Source of the DNA: Bilabrum cf. latius
Lineage: Eukaryota
Length of the DNA stretch: 64,000 bases
Assembly: GCA_965178125.1 (NCBI GenBank)
Contig: OZ237742.1
Span: forward strand, 868,001 to 932,000
Direction: 5' to 3'
A program made the position numbers and the translations under genes. Positions 49,644 to 62,921 of the stretch are shown in pieces (positions within the stretch are counted from its first letter, which is position 1; every line of letters starts with the position of its first letter). The notes below the pieces were generated by a model that was not told where the DNA came from, made no database searches, and was given only the letters and a program-made list of their open reading frames with translations.

Positions 49644-50609
49644 TCATGCGAACGAGATGGTCTGGAACTCCATGTCCGGCGGCACCAGCATGCGGATGAA
49701 CTCCTCGTACGATATCACGCCGTCCCTGTCCCTGTCGTTGAGTTCGATATACTCCTTGAGCTTCTCCTCGTTTTCTCCCTTGAGCACCTCCCGCACTTCG
49801 TCGATCCCCAGCACGCCATCGCCGTTCACGTCGTACTGGCAGAAGGCCCACCAGATGTTGTTCTAATGATTGATCATCTGCAGCTCCGCAGTGGCTTGGA
49901 TGAACTCGTCCAGATCCACCAGGCCGTCACCATCCGCGTCGATCGTAGTCATCAGGTCCTTTACACCCGATGCAGCCGTCACCAGGCCCATCTTCCGGAG
50001 AGCGTCCGACATCTCCTCCACGCTGATGCACAGGTCAGTGTTCCGGTCGATGGCATGAAACTGCGCCCGAAGCTTCTACAGATCCTCGGCTGACAGCGTG
50101 GAAGACACCAGGCGGATGGCCTCCCGTCGCAGCTTGTTGTTGGCGTTGAAGTTGCGCATGCTGGTGACGATGTTGGTGTCGAGCGGCACATCAGGCGCCA
50201 CGCCGTCCGACCTAACCCACGGATGGTTCAGCGCCTGCGCGATGGTGTACCGGCGGTACGGCTGTTTCTCCAACAGGCCGCTCACGAGCTCCCTCGCGGG
50301 AGCGGATATCTTGTTCCAGGCGCCCCCGCTGAAATTGAGCGTGTCGTTACGGATGGACCGATACACGTCCTGCGCCTTGGTGGCGCTGGCACCGAATGGG
50401 ACCGTCCCGGACAGCAGCAGGTACAGGTTCACGCCTAGCGACCACACGTCGCAGGCAGACGTGTACCTCCTCTGAAGCACCTCGGGGGCCAGGAAGAAAG
50501 CGGATCCTACGCCGTCCGTCATGATGTCATCCACTTTGTCGATCTTTGTGGCGAGCCCGAAGTCAGCGATCTTGAGGTGCGCCCTTCCCTCCGTGCTGGC
50601 GAAGAGGAA

Positions 50610-50642
<33 letters not shown>

Positions 50643-52409
50643 CCTCGAGTGGCACCACGCGATGCCCTCCAGCATCTGGCGGAACAGGAACGATGCAACC
50701 TTCTCACTGAAGTGGCTGCTGCGCATCACGTACTTCATGAGGTCGCCGCCGCTGCAGTACTCCATCGCGATGTACACGTGCATGTCGTCCTCAAGCAAAT
50801 CCTGCACCTCGACCACGCTGTCGTGTCCCCGCACGCGGTTCATGATGTCGGCTTCGTGATGCCCGTTGCTCTTGCTGTCCTCCACCACCTTGCTGCCCGC
50901 GAACTTGCCCCCTAGTGCCTTGCCTGCCTTGCCTGGCGTCTCCTTTCCGTCTCCCGCGCCACCCTTGGCTACCACTTCAACTCCAGCACCTTCCCCGCTC
51001 TTCTTCTTGTCCTTGTCTTTGTCCTTGTCCTCGTCCCCGGCGCCATCGGTGAATCCAGTCGCGGCTTTCTCGTCCTCGCTCGGCTTGTCGCCGTCCTTGT
51101 CCTTTCCCTTGCCCTTGCCACCCGCAGCGGCACTCTATTTGACCGCCGCCAGCGCCGCCGCCTTGGTGGCTGCATCCAGCGTGCCCTCGCCCTCCGATGC
51201 CCTCCGCGTGGCAGCCGCGTTGGCGAGCTGCATGGCCCTGCGGGCCACCGTCGACGCCCGGACCACCTTCCGTGCCGCCTTCTTCGCGACTGACCGCACG
51301 TCCGGCTTGATCTTCTTGATGGCAAAACGCTGGCTCTCCGGCCCGTCTGCGATTTTGTATGCCCTCCAGACCTCGCCGAAAGACCCCTTACCAAGGATTT
51401 TCTCAAGCTTGTACACGTCGTTGATCGAGCCCCCGATTCGCTTCAGCGGTACGCTGCCCGCCGTGCCCGTGCCGTGCTGGGGATCGAACTCGGGCAGCTG
51501 GGCCTCGCCGTAGTCCTTGAATGGGACGGCCCCTGCTTCACCCTCCGCCTCGCCCTCGCCCTCGCCCTCACCCTCACCCCCGGCTGCTGTTGCATCAGTG
51601 GCATCACCGTCGCCACCAGCACCGCTCGCGGCTGCGTTCCCTCTCTCCTCTGCTGCAGTGCCAGCCCCTTTCTCAGCAGTCGTTCTGCTACTGGCATCCT
51701 CATCCGCCCCACCCTTCGCGCCCTCCTCTGCATCCCCATCGCCAGCGCCTGCTGCACCAGCTGCGCTTGCATCGCCACTCCCATCGCCCCCTTTCTCGCC
51801 GGTTCCCGCGACACCAGCACCGGACCCGTCGACATCCCCTGGTGACTCCTTTGTCTCTTTCATGGCATTTGCGCTGCGCCCGTCTCCAGTTGTAGCAGAG
51901 CCACCGGCGGCCGCTGTTGATGGCTTCGTCGGTGATGCAGATTCATCTCTCGTTCCACTCGAGCCGCCCGGTCCGGCTGCCCGTGGCGCGTCGCTGTCAG
52001 TGGCCGCAAATGGTTGTTCTCCTCCTCCAGATCCTCCAGTGCTACTCTAAATCTATTGACGGCCGGAATCGCCCATGGGCGTGCTGCCAGGCAATTGCTG
52101 TGGGATCCCCTTGACTATCCCAGTGCTCTACTGTTGCTTTTTGCCCCCATCTGATCTACTTGTATCAGTAATTTTGGGCTGCACATGCCCTTCATGTACG
52201 GCCTGGCCTTCCTTGCTGACCCCGGCTTCATACGATCCACCTTGACGCAGTGTCGAGTTCGGTGCTGGATCAGACTGGCCAGGACCTGCAAAACGGGATG
52301 GAGCTGCATACAATCAAAGTTAAAGCAAACATTGTAATAATGCCAAGAGGAAACACTCATCGTGCGCACACTCACCGACTGCGACCTGCGACGAGCTCCC
52401 ACACCCCAT
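49644..52409 (-). CDS. CDPK: Calcium-dependent protein kinase (kinase + 4 EF-hands) with an N-terminal MGCGSS acylation motif; complement(join(49644..52285,52376..52409)), ~891 aa; 6 TAG=Q
   Basis: LGKGSFGEV, FAIKKI, HRDLKPDNFL, IADFGLA, APE, DVWSLGV; EF-hands DRNTDLCISVEE, DADGDGLVDLDE, DVNGDGVLGIDE, DRDRDGVISYEE. 90-nt GTGAG...GCAG intron. Confidence 0.92.
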
Positions 52410-52730
52410 TGTGGTGCAGTCTGGATCGCGATCGCACCCTCTTGACGTTCTTGGCGATCAGGTCCTATCAAACCTGATGCTAAGACAATCTGTCTGCTAA
52501 TCCGGACCCGATACCAGCTCGTAGGCGTCGATTCGGGAAATGCGGTGCTGATTGCTGATCGCCACGCGCGAAACGGACAGAAGTTGTGCGACCGTGCGGT
52601 GCATCGTGAAACGCACGTTACTTCACCTCGCCAAAAGCAGATTTGTAAACTCCACGAATGCGTGCCTTTCCCGATAACATACGACGATAAATTCGAGACA
52701 CCGCACGAAATACAACTCACTGCGATAAAC

Positions 52731-55700
52731 ATGTTCAATCGCCTCCTCTAGGTTGCCCCTGTCCGGTAGAATATCCTCAGCTTCATTCTAGACTGTGCTG
52801 GCACGGATGACATTGCCCTTGCTGCAGTGTGCAGAGACATTAGATCGCACCTCTGCAGTAGTGAGGGGTATAGGGATCGATGCGGAGTACTCATTGGGCT
52901 GAACCCTGTTTTGTGCGCTGCTGGGCCTGTATCAGATGGTAGCTCCATCGAATCTAGTTTATAGGCGGCTGACTGGCTCTCGGCAAGGCTGCGGGGGTCC
53001 TACGCGGATCTTAGAAGCATCATTCACTTATTTTGTGGAGATCCTCGCGGTACTGTGTGCGCTGGAGCACCATGGGGCGTGTTGATACATCTAGTGCCAG
53101 TACCGCGAGGCATAGCACTGGTTCGCGACACTCAAAACCCCAAGCACAAAGCAACCGGCGCTGGAGCCAGTGCAGAGTAGGGATGGAGAAAGGAGCTATC
53201 TACTCGAAACAACAAAATTGGGCGGAAGAAACTTGCGAGCCATTTGGCTTCGGCACGCAAGGACTTCAACCGATTCGGTATTTGGAACCAAAGCCTGTCG
53301 CAGATCCTGGCAGCCACCGACGGTCGAACCCTCGACTCCGAGCTGCTAGGCCTAGCCGATCGATACGCCAATACCAGCGAAAAGTTTGAGCCGGATCCGA
53401 GCGCCGAGCACCTGCTCAAGCTTGCGAGGCTGGCGAGGCGCTCGGCTCTCGCCTCCTCTGGGTGGTCGACTCTAGGGGTAGGATCCACCGCCCCGCTGCA
53501 GGAAGTATAGCCGGGAAGCTCTGAGCGCAGCAGTGGAAGTAGCGGCGAAGATGTCTCTGAGTCTGGCGAGCAGGCGAAGGGTGGAGTAGAAGCAGAAGCA
53601 GAAGCAGGAGCAGAAGCAGGCAGCAGCAGCACCTCGGGACCTGCATCGGCTCACCCGGACCACTCAGACGATTCAGTACGTAGCGAGGACGTCGGCATAG
53701 CCCTAAATCCGTGGTCAGAATGGATCGCGCAGGATCTTCAATTCGTCGGGCTCATCAGAGCTGTGCCAGTGTCGCCGAAGGCAGACCAGAGATACAGCCT
53801 TGCTCGTGGAGCTAGTGATCGCCCTGCAGTATCAGCAGACTCCAGCTTCGGTGTGCAGGGCAGCTCTACAATCAATTCTACCGCATCGAGCAAAACGAAA
53901 CCCAGCAGTATCTCTGCCATGGGTATACCACTCCCCCAGTTGAAGCTTGTGCTCGAAGCCAGAGACAGCGAGTCCCCTGCGTGGACCAAGGGCTTCCCCT
54001 GCATCAGCACTCTGCACGCACCGTGCGAAGGGGTCATGCCACCTCTCCCGCCGAGGGAGCAGCGCGACGTCCGAATGAGAAGGTCCCGCCCCATGCGTGG
54101 GCTCAGCGGTGTTATGCTTGAAGATGCTGTCGAGGCATGCCAGGATCACTAGAAGAGAGGCGAGAGCGCGAGCCACAATGAAGCCAAGCGAGATCAAAAA
54201 GACCCCAGGCACATGTTTGACGCTGGAATCTTTTGGTAGCGCAACAGCCAGCTGCTCCCTTGTGTTCGAACAGCGGCCAGACTGCTGTTCCGCCCGCGCA
54301 CGCACGAGGAGCGGCAGCAGTGCGCGGGCGGTCGCAGGCCTCGGCCATCCACGTGGACCCGGCTGCCCCTCCGTGCGAGGCGCGCGCTGGGCCTCGTGGA
54401 TGACAGGCCGGGCGGGCGGCTTTTCATTTCGCCGTATTCTGCGCACGGGACCGAGGTGGTTCGTGTGATGCTGTCTGTGATCGAGCTGGACGAGCAATTA
54501 GGGCGAGCGACCCCTTCCGAAGCAGCGGCAAACTTGGCGCTGAGGGACAACGACTCGTCTCCCTTGTACGATTTCAGTCGAGGATCGGACGCTTCGTCGG
54601 CTGCGATTGAGATTTCACCGGGCAGTTTGGCTCCTTCGACGACGTCGCATTCGGTGCAGGCAGCTGCCGTGCCTGCAGTGCGAGGCTTGGCAGGCGCCGG
54701 AGCACCGTCGGGCTCACTGGAAGGGGCAATCCAGCCGAATGGATCGCCAGGCGAAGAAGGCAATGTACCCTTCGTGCCGTTTTCATCTAGAAAGAGGGAT
54801 GCGTACAGGCGTGCTGGCATCGGCGGGTGCTTAGCAGCGCCAGACATCGACTCTGTTCCGCCTTACCTTGGCCACGGCCGCATGATTCGGCTGCGACTAG
54901 TAGGTATTAAAGAACAAGGAGATCCCAACGTGCCCGCAGGCCGTATCACATTTACGGCAGACCTTGGGGAGCTTTGGCTCCCTGATCCCCATGAAGCCGG
55001 AGTGCCAGAGGAGAAGAGCAGCCGCAGGGTGAAGAAGCGCCGCTTCGATGACCGAGGCGCGCACCCTGCGTCAGGTGCTGGACGTTTTGATGAACACACG
55101 TCTGACGCATCAAGTAATGCTGCAGATTAGCAGCCAAGCGCTGCAGGGGATGCAGCAAGGTCAGGCTCATCTGTACTTTCCTGGCAAAGCATCGGTTTCT
55201 CGGACAAGGGCGATTTGGTGTACCACCACGACGCTCCAATGCTCGTGGGCCGGCCCACCCCTACAACGTTCATGCACCTGCACGGCTTGCGGCCCAGACC
55301 ACCCCCCGTCCTTCCCGATGGCATGCATGAAGTGCTCAAGTGGAGCATGCGCGTGCAGCCGCAGTTCCAAGGCATGGCGCTGGCTCGCAAAATCAAGATG
55401 CCTGCCCCTGGAGTGGAGGGGTATGGTGAGGGCGAAGGTGATTTGTACAAGCACATGCGCGAAGTGGCGACCACCCGCCCTATTTTTCAGGTCGTGGACG
55501 AGCGCATGTCCAATTTTTTTGCTGGGCATGAGCTGTACAATGAGCGAATCCTCACTGCGATCAAGGAGTTCGAAGGATAGTCCGAGGACATGCAGGAGTA
55601 CATGGTACGGCCTGTGCAGATGATCGCCCGGGTTGAGGCGGTCCAGAGCTTCAGCAACTCTAACAAGTACGACTCTGAGCCGGTGCACTCCTCGTACTTC

Positions 55701-57389
55701 GACGTGAAGCGGGCGGCCGAAGGTGTCATAGAGGGCACCGTTCCTGTCTAGGGCCACAGAAAATACGCGTGCAGGCTGGCCGGTCAGTTGAACGCCAAAG
55801 CCGGAGAGTGGGACCCCATGTGGTGCCCTGGAATGCTGCAGTGGGAGGAGCCGGACGAAGGAGACGAGCGTCCCAGGAACACGTTTTAGGTCGTTTGGGC
55901 CGCACCATAGGACAAACCTGCGCATATTATGTCATTCCGGGCTCTGCAAATGCTACCCGAGGAGTCGCTGGCAGTAGATCTGGACGTGCGGGTCCTCGGT
56001 AGGTCGAGCTCACTGGGCGGTCCCTCGACGTCAGGAGCCGCGGCGGCCGCAGCGGACACTCCCACGTAGCCGAGATCGCAGGCGCAAAGCATACTAAATT
56101 CTGGGTTCGCCAAGGACTTTGCACGGGAAATGCAGGCTGCGGAAAAGCAGGCAGCCCTGGCACCAGGCGAGGGTTGTGAAATTGGCGAGCCAAGCGTAGG
56201 CTGTCTCCCTTGGTACACGCTCTTCGAGCAGCCGCACAGGCCTACCCAGTACCATACTAACATGTTTCGGTTCATGCGATGCTACCAGCAGTGGATCGAG
56301 CCCAGCGTACGAGTTCGGCCCCCGGACCCGCTGTTTTCCATGGGGAAGTGCAAGGGTGACTTGGCTGGGCACGTGCGCCAGCTCAACAAGGTGCGGTCCA
56401 CTCGGCAGCTGCCTGCCACCAACTTGAAAGGGTACGGCGACAACGGCACGGCGTGCGTCGCGAGATACGTCGGAGCCCCTTTCGTAGCAGCCGCATCGTC
56501 GGGCAATGCGCTTAGCTGCGTGCCTTCGTCGCCGGCTGATACGCACCGGGCCGTGGTAACCGCCACACGCAGTCTTATTACGGGTGCACGTGGCACGGGA
56601 TCGAGTGGAACACTGATGATTAATAATGGTTTCGTGGGCTGGATACTCCGCGCAGGAATTGACGAAGCCAACATTCACGGTCGGAAGGACCACGTGGACC
56701 AGTGCAAGGAGGCGGACGAGGCTTTCGAAAAGGACTGCCAAGCTCGTTACTCGAGCGAAGGAAAGACCGACCTTGGTGCGGGTGAACAAGAAAGCGAATC
56801 GGACGATGCTCCAGGCGATTTTGATGAAGCAGCTGGCCGAAAATTTGGTTCCGATAGTGACGCCGCTGGTGAAGAAGCGAAGGCCTCGGATTCACAAGGC
56901 GGACGAGCAGGTGCGAAGTCACCAGCAGGCTCCCAAAAGCGAGCCGCATTGCATGCTGTGAAACGACTGTTACCCCACGGTGCCTCGCGGCATTGGCGAG
57001 ACAGTAGGGCTTAGAGTTCTTCAAGACTCGTGGGTAGGATGATCGGAGAGGCGGCGCTGGGGGTGGCACATGCTAGACATGAGACTGCCATGCGCGTCGT
57101 TGAGCGAGCACTGGAGGGGGAATCGGACATGGGCAAGCAAGCGTGCGTCCTCGCTCTAGTGAAGCTCGCTTTTAGGATGACAACTGCGATGCATGGCATG
57201 TTTCAGCCACTCAGCAGGAGCACGGCTGCCACGGCAAATGCCCAGCTTGTGCAGCTCGTGCTTGGCTCTGACATTGCATCGGCCCAGTGGTCGGGCCCTG
57301 CGTACCTGTGGAAGCCCTCGACTCTCGTTGGCTCCGCTCCAGCGGACACGATAACGCACGAGCGGAGTTTGTACCACGATCTGGAATGA
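52731..57389 (+). CDS. Large protein (~1552 aa) with an F-box-like N-terminus and a Cyclin-D1-binding (FBXO31/DUF3506)-like domain; 14 TAG=Q
   Basis: NILSFILDCAGTDDIALAAVCRDIR (F-box-like); RLFISPYSAHGTEVVRVM...LVGIKEQGDPNVPAGRITFTADL. One frame with only TAG interruptions, ending at TGA 57387-57389. Confidence 0.7.
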
Positions 57390-57517
57390 CAGGTTGTGGC
57401 TTTGGTCCAGGTGGCCTGCAGGCACAGCCCTACAGGTTGTGGCTTCGGTCCAGGTGGCCTGCAGGCACAGCCCTACAGGTTGTGGCTTCGGTCCAGGTGG
57501 CCTGCAGGCACAGCCCT
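57389..57517. repeat. 3 x 43-bp tandem repeat
   Basis: acaggttgtggctt(t/c)ggtccaggtggcctgcaggcacagccct at 57389, 57432 and 57475. Confidence 0.95.
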
Positions 57518-57633
57518 AGGCTGTCACGGAACTTGTGTATTGCGGCTCCACCGTTAATGTATTGAACCAGGAATGGCACGTGTTGACAATATATAAGCCA
57601 TTAAAACAAGACAACACTAGATCTCTACACGAT

Positions 57634-60519
57634 TCACTCAACCTGACCTGCCCCAAGCACCAGCACCTTCTCGGCCTCCTGCGACGCAGCGCTGCCCGCC
57701 ACACCCGAGCCGGCCCCTTGCTCTAGCCGTAGCTCAAAGGTCAATCGCACCCGCCTAGTGGCTCGCATTCTACTCCGAATCGTACGGGAGGTGACACCGC
57801 CATGCCCAGGGCTCTGCTCTGCACGTTCTGCCCTACGAGCCAGCATCGTCGCGTGCTCCACGCTGACACCACCGAAGGGGTCCATGCGCTTGCGCTTGCG
57901 AGCCGCCGCACGGCGCGGGCTGCCTCTTGGTCCAAGGTCTTCATCTCCGTCTTCCATCGCCTGAGAGGATGCATTTGGCTTTGGACGGGTTGGCGATGCA
58001 GGCGCGCGTCCAGCGGCGCTGGCGGCGCTTCGGGCTTTGTTCTTTTGGCTCTTAGGCTGCTGCCTGCTACGCCTCGAGGGCGCAGCGCGGCCTCGTGACA
58101 GACTTGTCCCATCATTTTCCATGCTACTGGACCCATTGTTTCCCACATCTGGTCTCTCCTCGGCGTTCTCGTCCTCATCCTCAGCGTCGCGACCGTAGGT
58201 TGATCGCCCTAGGCCAGCCCTGCAGTACGCGAACGCTGCCTCCTCGATCAGTGACCAGGTAACTTCGGCCAGCTCCGTCGCTTCGTGCGGCTTGATCATC
58301 GACCTCCGGGAAAAATTCTTTGCAACAAGCTGCATGCAGGTCTTCATGAAGTGTGATTGGCGCATGCTACGGAGCGCAACGGCAACATCAGAGGCAGAGC
58401 GGGCAGCTAGTCGCTCTGTACCTTCAAACACGACTGACGCATCATCTGGCCTAGATTTATGACGGTCAGGCTATACCATGGTGCTCTTGCTGACGTTTGC
58501 AGCCGCCCCATCGCCCGAAACTGCTCTACGTGAGCTGCTGCGAGTGCGCCTGCGTGCCCCGGTCTGTTTTGGAAGGCAGTCTGCATCTGAGCTCACGGCT
58601 TTCATGGGATCATCAGCTGAATTGGACGCTGCGGACTTGCCATGGATGAGATGTCCTCCCAATGAGGGGGGTTGCCGGTGGATCGCACGCGTGCCGTACA
58701 GCCTCATCTGCAGGGCGTGCTCTGGGTGTCTCAGGGCAGCGTGCACAGCCTCCTCGCAGACTGGATCTGCCACCAATAGACCAGCCACGCACCACACCGC
58801 AGTTCTGGCCAGCCGGAGCTCGTCATAGCTGACGCAATCCATGCTGGATCTGTCCTCGATTCCGGCTTCATCACGTTCTTGCTGCAGCCCCACCAGCAGC
58901 TCGAACGCCCTCCGAATGGACCAGGCCAGGGGGGTCATCTCCTCGTCTGCCTCTTTATCCTTACCACACAAGCTGAGATCAGCCACAGACTCGAAACAAG
59001 AATCGGGGTCTGCCCCGGGGAACGACACCTTGGGCGGCGTGCTTCGACCCTGTCCGAGGCTGGCACGAATCCTGTCCAACAGTTGGCTGTTGGTGGACGA
59101 GTGGGCACTACCGTGAACAGAAACCGGTCCCAAGTGCTGGCTAGAGTCCGATACAGAGGCCGACATGCTGGAGCCTGCGCTGCCCTGGCTGCTGCTGCTG
59201 GATTCCTGGCTTGCAGTCGCGCTGGAGGACTCTGCGGCTTGCGATCTCGCCACGATGGCCGTTGCAGGTTGCGCAACCCCAACTGCCGTATGAGCACCGC
59301 TGTGGCCCGGAGCCAACTTCACGCAGCCGGGGCGCTCCTTCCACTCGCCCAATAGCATGCCCAGCACGTGAAAATCGTGTCGCCACGCTGCGTTGTGCAC
59401 GGGTGTGAATCCCTTCGAATCCGACGAGTTGATCAGCTGTGATCTGGCTGCGTTGTAGGCGCACAAGTCATCCGGATTCCCAGAGTCGCACCAAGAGAGC
59501 ATCCAAGTCATCACACTGAAATATCCTGAGCGGGCGCACATGTTGAAAGCGCAGTTCCCGTCAAACTCGGCAGACGCATGCGACAGCTGCGCCACTCGCT
59601 CGAGCACCCCGGCTGCTTCCAGGGCCTCGCTGGTTGCAGTTTCGCTCTGGCTTTGGGGCGAGTCTCCATTTAAAGTAGCCCTTGCCGTGCGATCAAGGGA
59701 AGCTGCGGCTCTGCTGGAGCTGGCGCTTGCGCTTGAGCTGGAGCTACTGGCGGTACCGGTTCTGGCGTGGGGGTTGCTGCCGCCGCTTCTGCCAGATAAT
59801 CCGTCGCTGGCGCTTGCTCTGAATGCCTCAATCGTGGATGTTGGGCTGGACGTCGCATTTAGTGCTGGCGTGGCTAGGTTCGTACCCCTGCTTCTAGCCT
59901 GCAGTCCGCGTCCCGACGCGGATGACCCTTGGTCACGGGATGACGCGAGCGGCTGATGGGCCAGTCGCAGTCTCGCAGGAGGCATGGACTCCAAATAGTA
60001 CCCGCTCGAGGTAAGCTACCTACGCCGCGCTGGAGAGCCTATTCCAATCAGTTTGGTTGCCGTGGAGGTCTTCACTGGGAACTCAAGCGCCTATCGTGCC
60101 ACCTAAATTGAGTCTCTCGGAGTACTCATCCTGCCATACTTGATGGAAGAGCCAAGCTTCCCTGTGATCTTCTGGCCGCGAATTGCCATCCAATAGAAGC
60201 GGTGCAATAGCCAACCTCTTCTACGTTGCTTATCGGCGTCTTGGCGACGCCACGCGCGCTGCAGAATTTTTCTAGGATTGGCCCGCAGGCGGGTGCTCAC
60301 CCGTCGACTCGACTGTGCGCGAAGCGACTTGCTAGCGCGCCCATAGGTCGAAGGAAGATACATGTCTAGCTTGAAAGCCTCTGCTAGCTTGGCCCACAGC
60401 GCATAATGTGCCTCAGTCCCAAGCTGCAACTACTTGCTTGTCGAAGTTAGACTGAAGACGCTATCTGGGTCTAAAAACTGCATGATACCAAGCAAGGCGG
60501 ATGAGGGAAGTGATTGCAT
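57634..60519 (-). CDS. F-box + ankyrin-like repeat protein, ~961 aa; 5 TAG=Q
   Basis: MQSLPSSALLGIMQFLDPDSVFSLTSTSK*L...LWAKL (F-box); DSKGFTPVHNAAWRHDFHVLGMLL and DGNCAFNMCARSGYFSVMTWML (ankyrin-like). TGA at 57634. Confidence 0.75.
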
Positions 60520-60658
60520 GATAAATAAAAGAGGAAACGATCGTCCGTTCGCTGAGCCGTGCAAAAAAAGCCTTTTGTGTGTCAGCAAAGAACGTTCGTG
60601 TTGCCAACGAACCTTCACGCAAATGCTCTTCAATTTCTTCCAAATGCTCGTCAATTCC

Positions 60659-61789
60659 ATGCAAGGTCCGGAAGACGATGATATTGACAGAATACTGGAT
60701 GTATTAGATGGTGTAGGTTCTTTGGACGATATGCATACACATGCGCGTCGAGCTCCGAACAGCAGCAGTCGAACCTAGCATGCATCCAACGACTAGCAAG
60801 AACCAAAGCGGCCGTCTTGGCTGCAAAGCATGTTTGACGAGAGTGTGCAGATCACAGACGATGCAATAAAGTCTATTAGAAGTACTGCAGCTGTTCTTAC
60901 AGATGAATCCATGTTACGAGCAACATTTCGGGAAGCTGCAGGCACCGAAAAGCGCGGCTTCATTTGGGATAACGCCGCACCAGACCGACAATAGGATACC
61001 GATAGGCCTAAATATGATTCTTTTAGAAGATCAGAGGGCAGTGCGCCTGATCCGGGAAATGATGACGGTGCAGCGCCGAAATTGCCGATGCAATCAAGTT
61101 CGATCGATGCATCCAAGCACATGCAACCATTTGTTGCAGCAAGCACAATTGACTTTGGTAAAGGCCAGCAGTCTAGACATGCGACTACTAGCTCGATACC
61201 CCTGGGAAGCCCTAGCTCAATGCGGGTAGCAGGTGGGGCGATAAGCGGGCACCTGCCAGCGTCGGGTGCAGCGCGGCCTTCACGCAAGCAGAGTGTCGGA
61301 GGCCGAGGCAGTCGAGTAGCGGGCAAATCAGACGTCAAAAATCCATGGCCACGCTCAGCAGCCGCTGCTCGCTCCAAACGAGCAGGTGCCTCAGCACATG
61401 ATGCTCACTCGGCGGCATCGGGCGGGAAACCGCCTCGGCGTGACCATGCAGTACCACGACCTAGTAGATCGACGGGGCTACGGCGTGCAGAGGCCGGTGC
61501 GCATCGAAAATTGAAAGGTCTCTCGGCGGAGCGAAGGCGATTGGAGCAAGAGCGTCGGCAGCTGATGGACAGAATGGGCCTGCGAGCGGAGCAATTTTTA
61601 CCTGCTTCGGACCAAGCCGTGAGTGGTAGTGACGAGAATGGCGCTGCTAGGTTGGGATCCGAAAGGTCGCCTGAGGCTCCCGGGGTTGAGACCGAACTTC
61701 AGGCCGAAATTCGTCGGGCGAGGGAGGAGGCGAGATAGCATCGGTCAAGAGCTGACCGGCGTGCTGGCAAGACCACACGATCCAAGTGA
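60659..61789 (+). CDS. Hypothetical protein, ~376 aa; 4 TAG=Q
   Basis: ATG 60659 to TGA 61787-61789 in one frame with TAGs at 60776, 60794, 60992, 61736. Short coiled-coil-like segment; no domain recognised. Confidence 0.6.
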
Positions 61790-62060
61790 CAATGATTTAT
61801 TCCTGTCCCGCGCATATCTACGCTAGGGTGTGCTGCAGGCCGCCACAGGCCTTGACAATAATATCTGATTTAACGCTATCCCCCCAGAACAGCCAGACCA
61901 TCACTGGCTGGCGGCTATTTGCGGTGATTTTCTACGATTTGTTGCATTTATTAGGCTCATCTAGTCTCCAAACATCTATTTGCATAGCCCATTGCCTGGT
62001 TGTAGACCGAGAGGATCCAGATCTGCGTATTTTGTGAAGTAAGCATTTGTGGGGGTAAAG

Positions 62061-62878
62061 ATGGATCGCGGCGACGAAGCTGGTCGTCGTCTTTCTGCAT
62101 CGCGAGATCGAGAATAGGGCAGTTTTCATGGTTAGTCTGATTCTCGACGAGATTGGGGCCAGAGTCGGGATAGATCAGGGTATCCCGGGGCCCACGACCG
62201 CAGTAGGAGCGATTTGAGCAGAGATTCGCAGCAAGCAGGCAATAGCCGGTTTTCGAGAAGTGACCACTCTGGACCAGTAAGCCGAGATAATAATGCGCGG
62301 TATAGGCCTGCTCAGCGGGCAGGTGGACGTGTTAGGGACGACAGCAATCGGGGCATGGATGCTGCCCAGGACGGCAGATGGCATCATCACTCTCTTCCCA
62401 ATCAGGCAGCATCATCGAGAATGAGAATGACCGGGTATGGATACGTCCCTCTCCCCCCTCCCCCAATGCCGTAGTTCCAGGGCATGCGTATACAAGGAGC
62501 TGCTCCGCCCCCGCCACCGAATGGCGGTCGATTCTCGCAGGGAGCCAGCATGCCTCGAGGCGGCGCAGTGGGTGGCCAATTGGGCTTCGGTATGGGAATT
62601 CCTCCATAGTTGACACATGGCATGCCTAGTATGGGCATGGGCGGCATGCCAGGTATGGGGTCGGGCTTTGGAATGGGAATGGGAATGGGAGTGGGAATCG
62701 GCATGGGTGGAGCCTTCGCGATGGGCAGCGCTCTGTCACCTGCGAGCGGCTTCGGGGGGGGCATGGGAGCTGATGCGGGCCATAGAATAGAGCGAATGCA
62801 CTCCATCCAATCACGCGATGGCCTTCCGCGCGACTCGCGAGGCCAAGGTGAAGGGCGAGGGCAAGGGCCTGGCCATGC

Positions 62879-62921
<43 letters not shown>

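Noticed and set aside
57389-57517. CRISPR array
   Set aside because: The units are contiguous with no unique spacers, no cas genes are present, and the context is eukaryotic.
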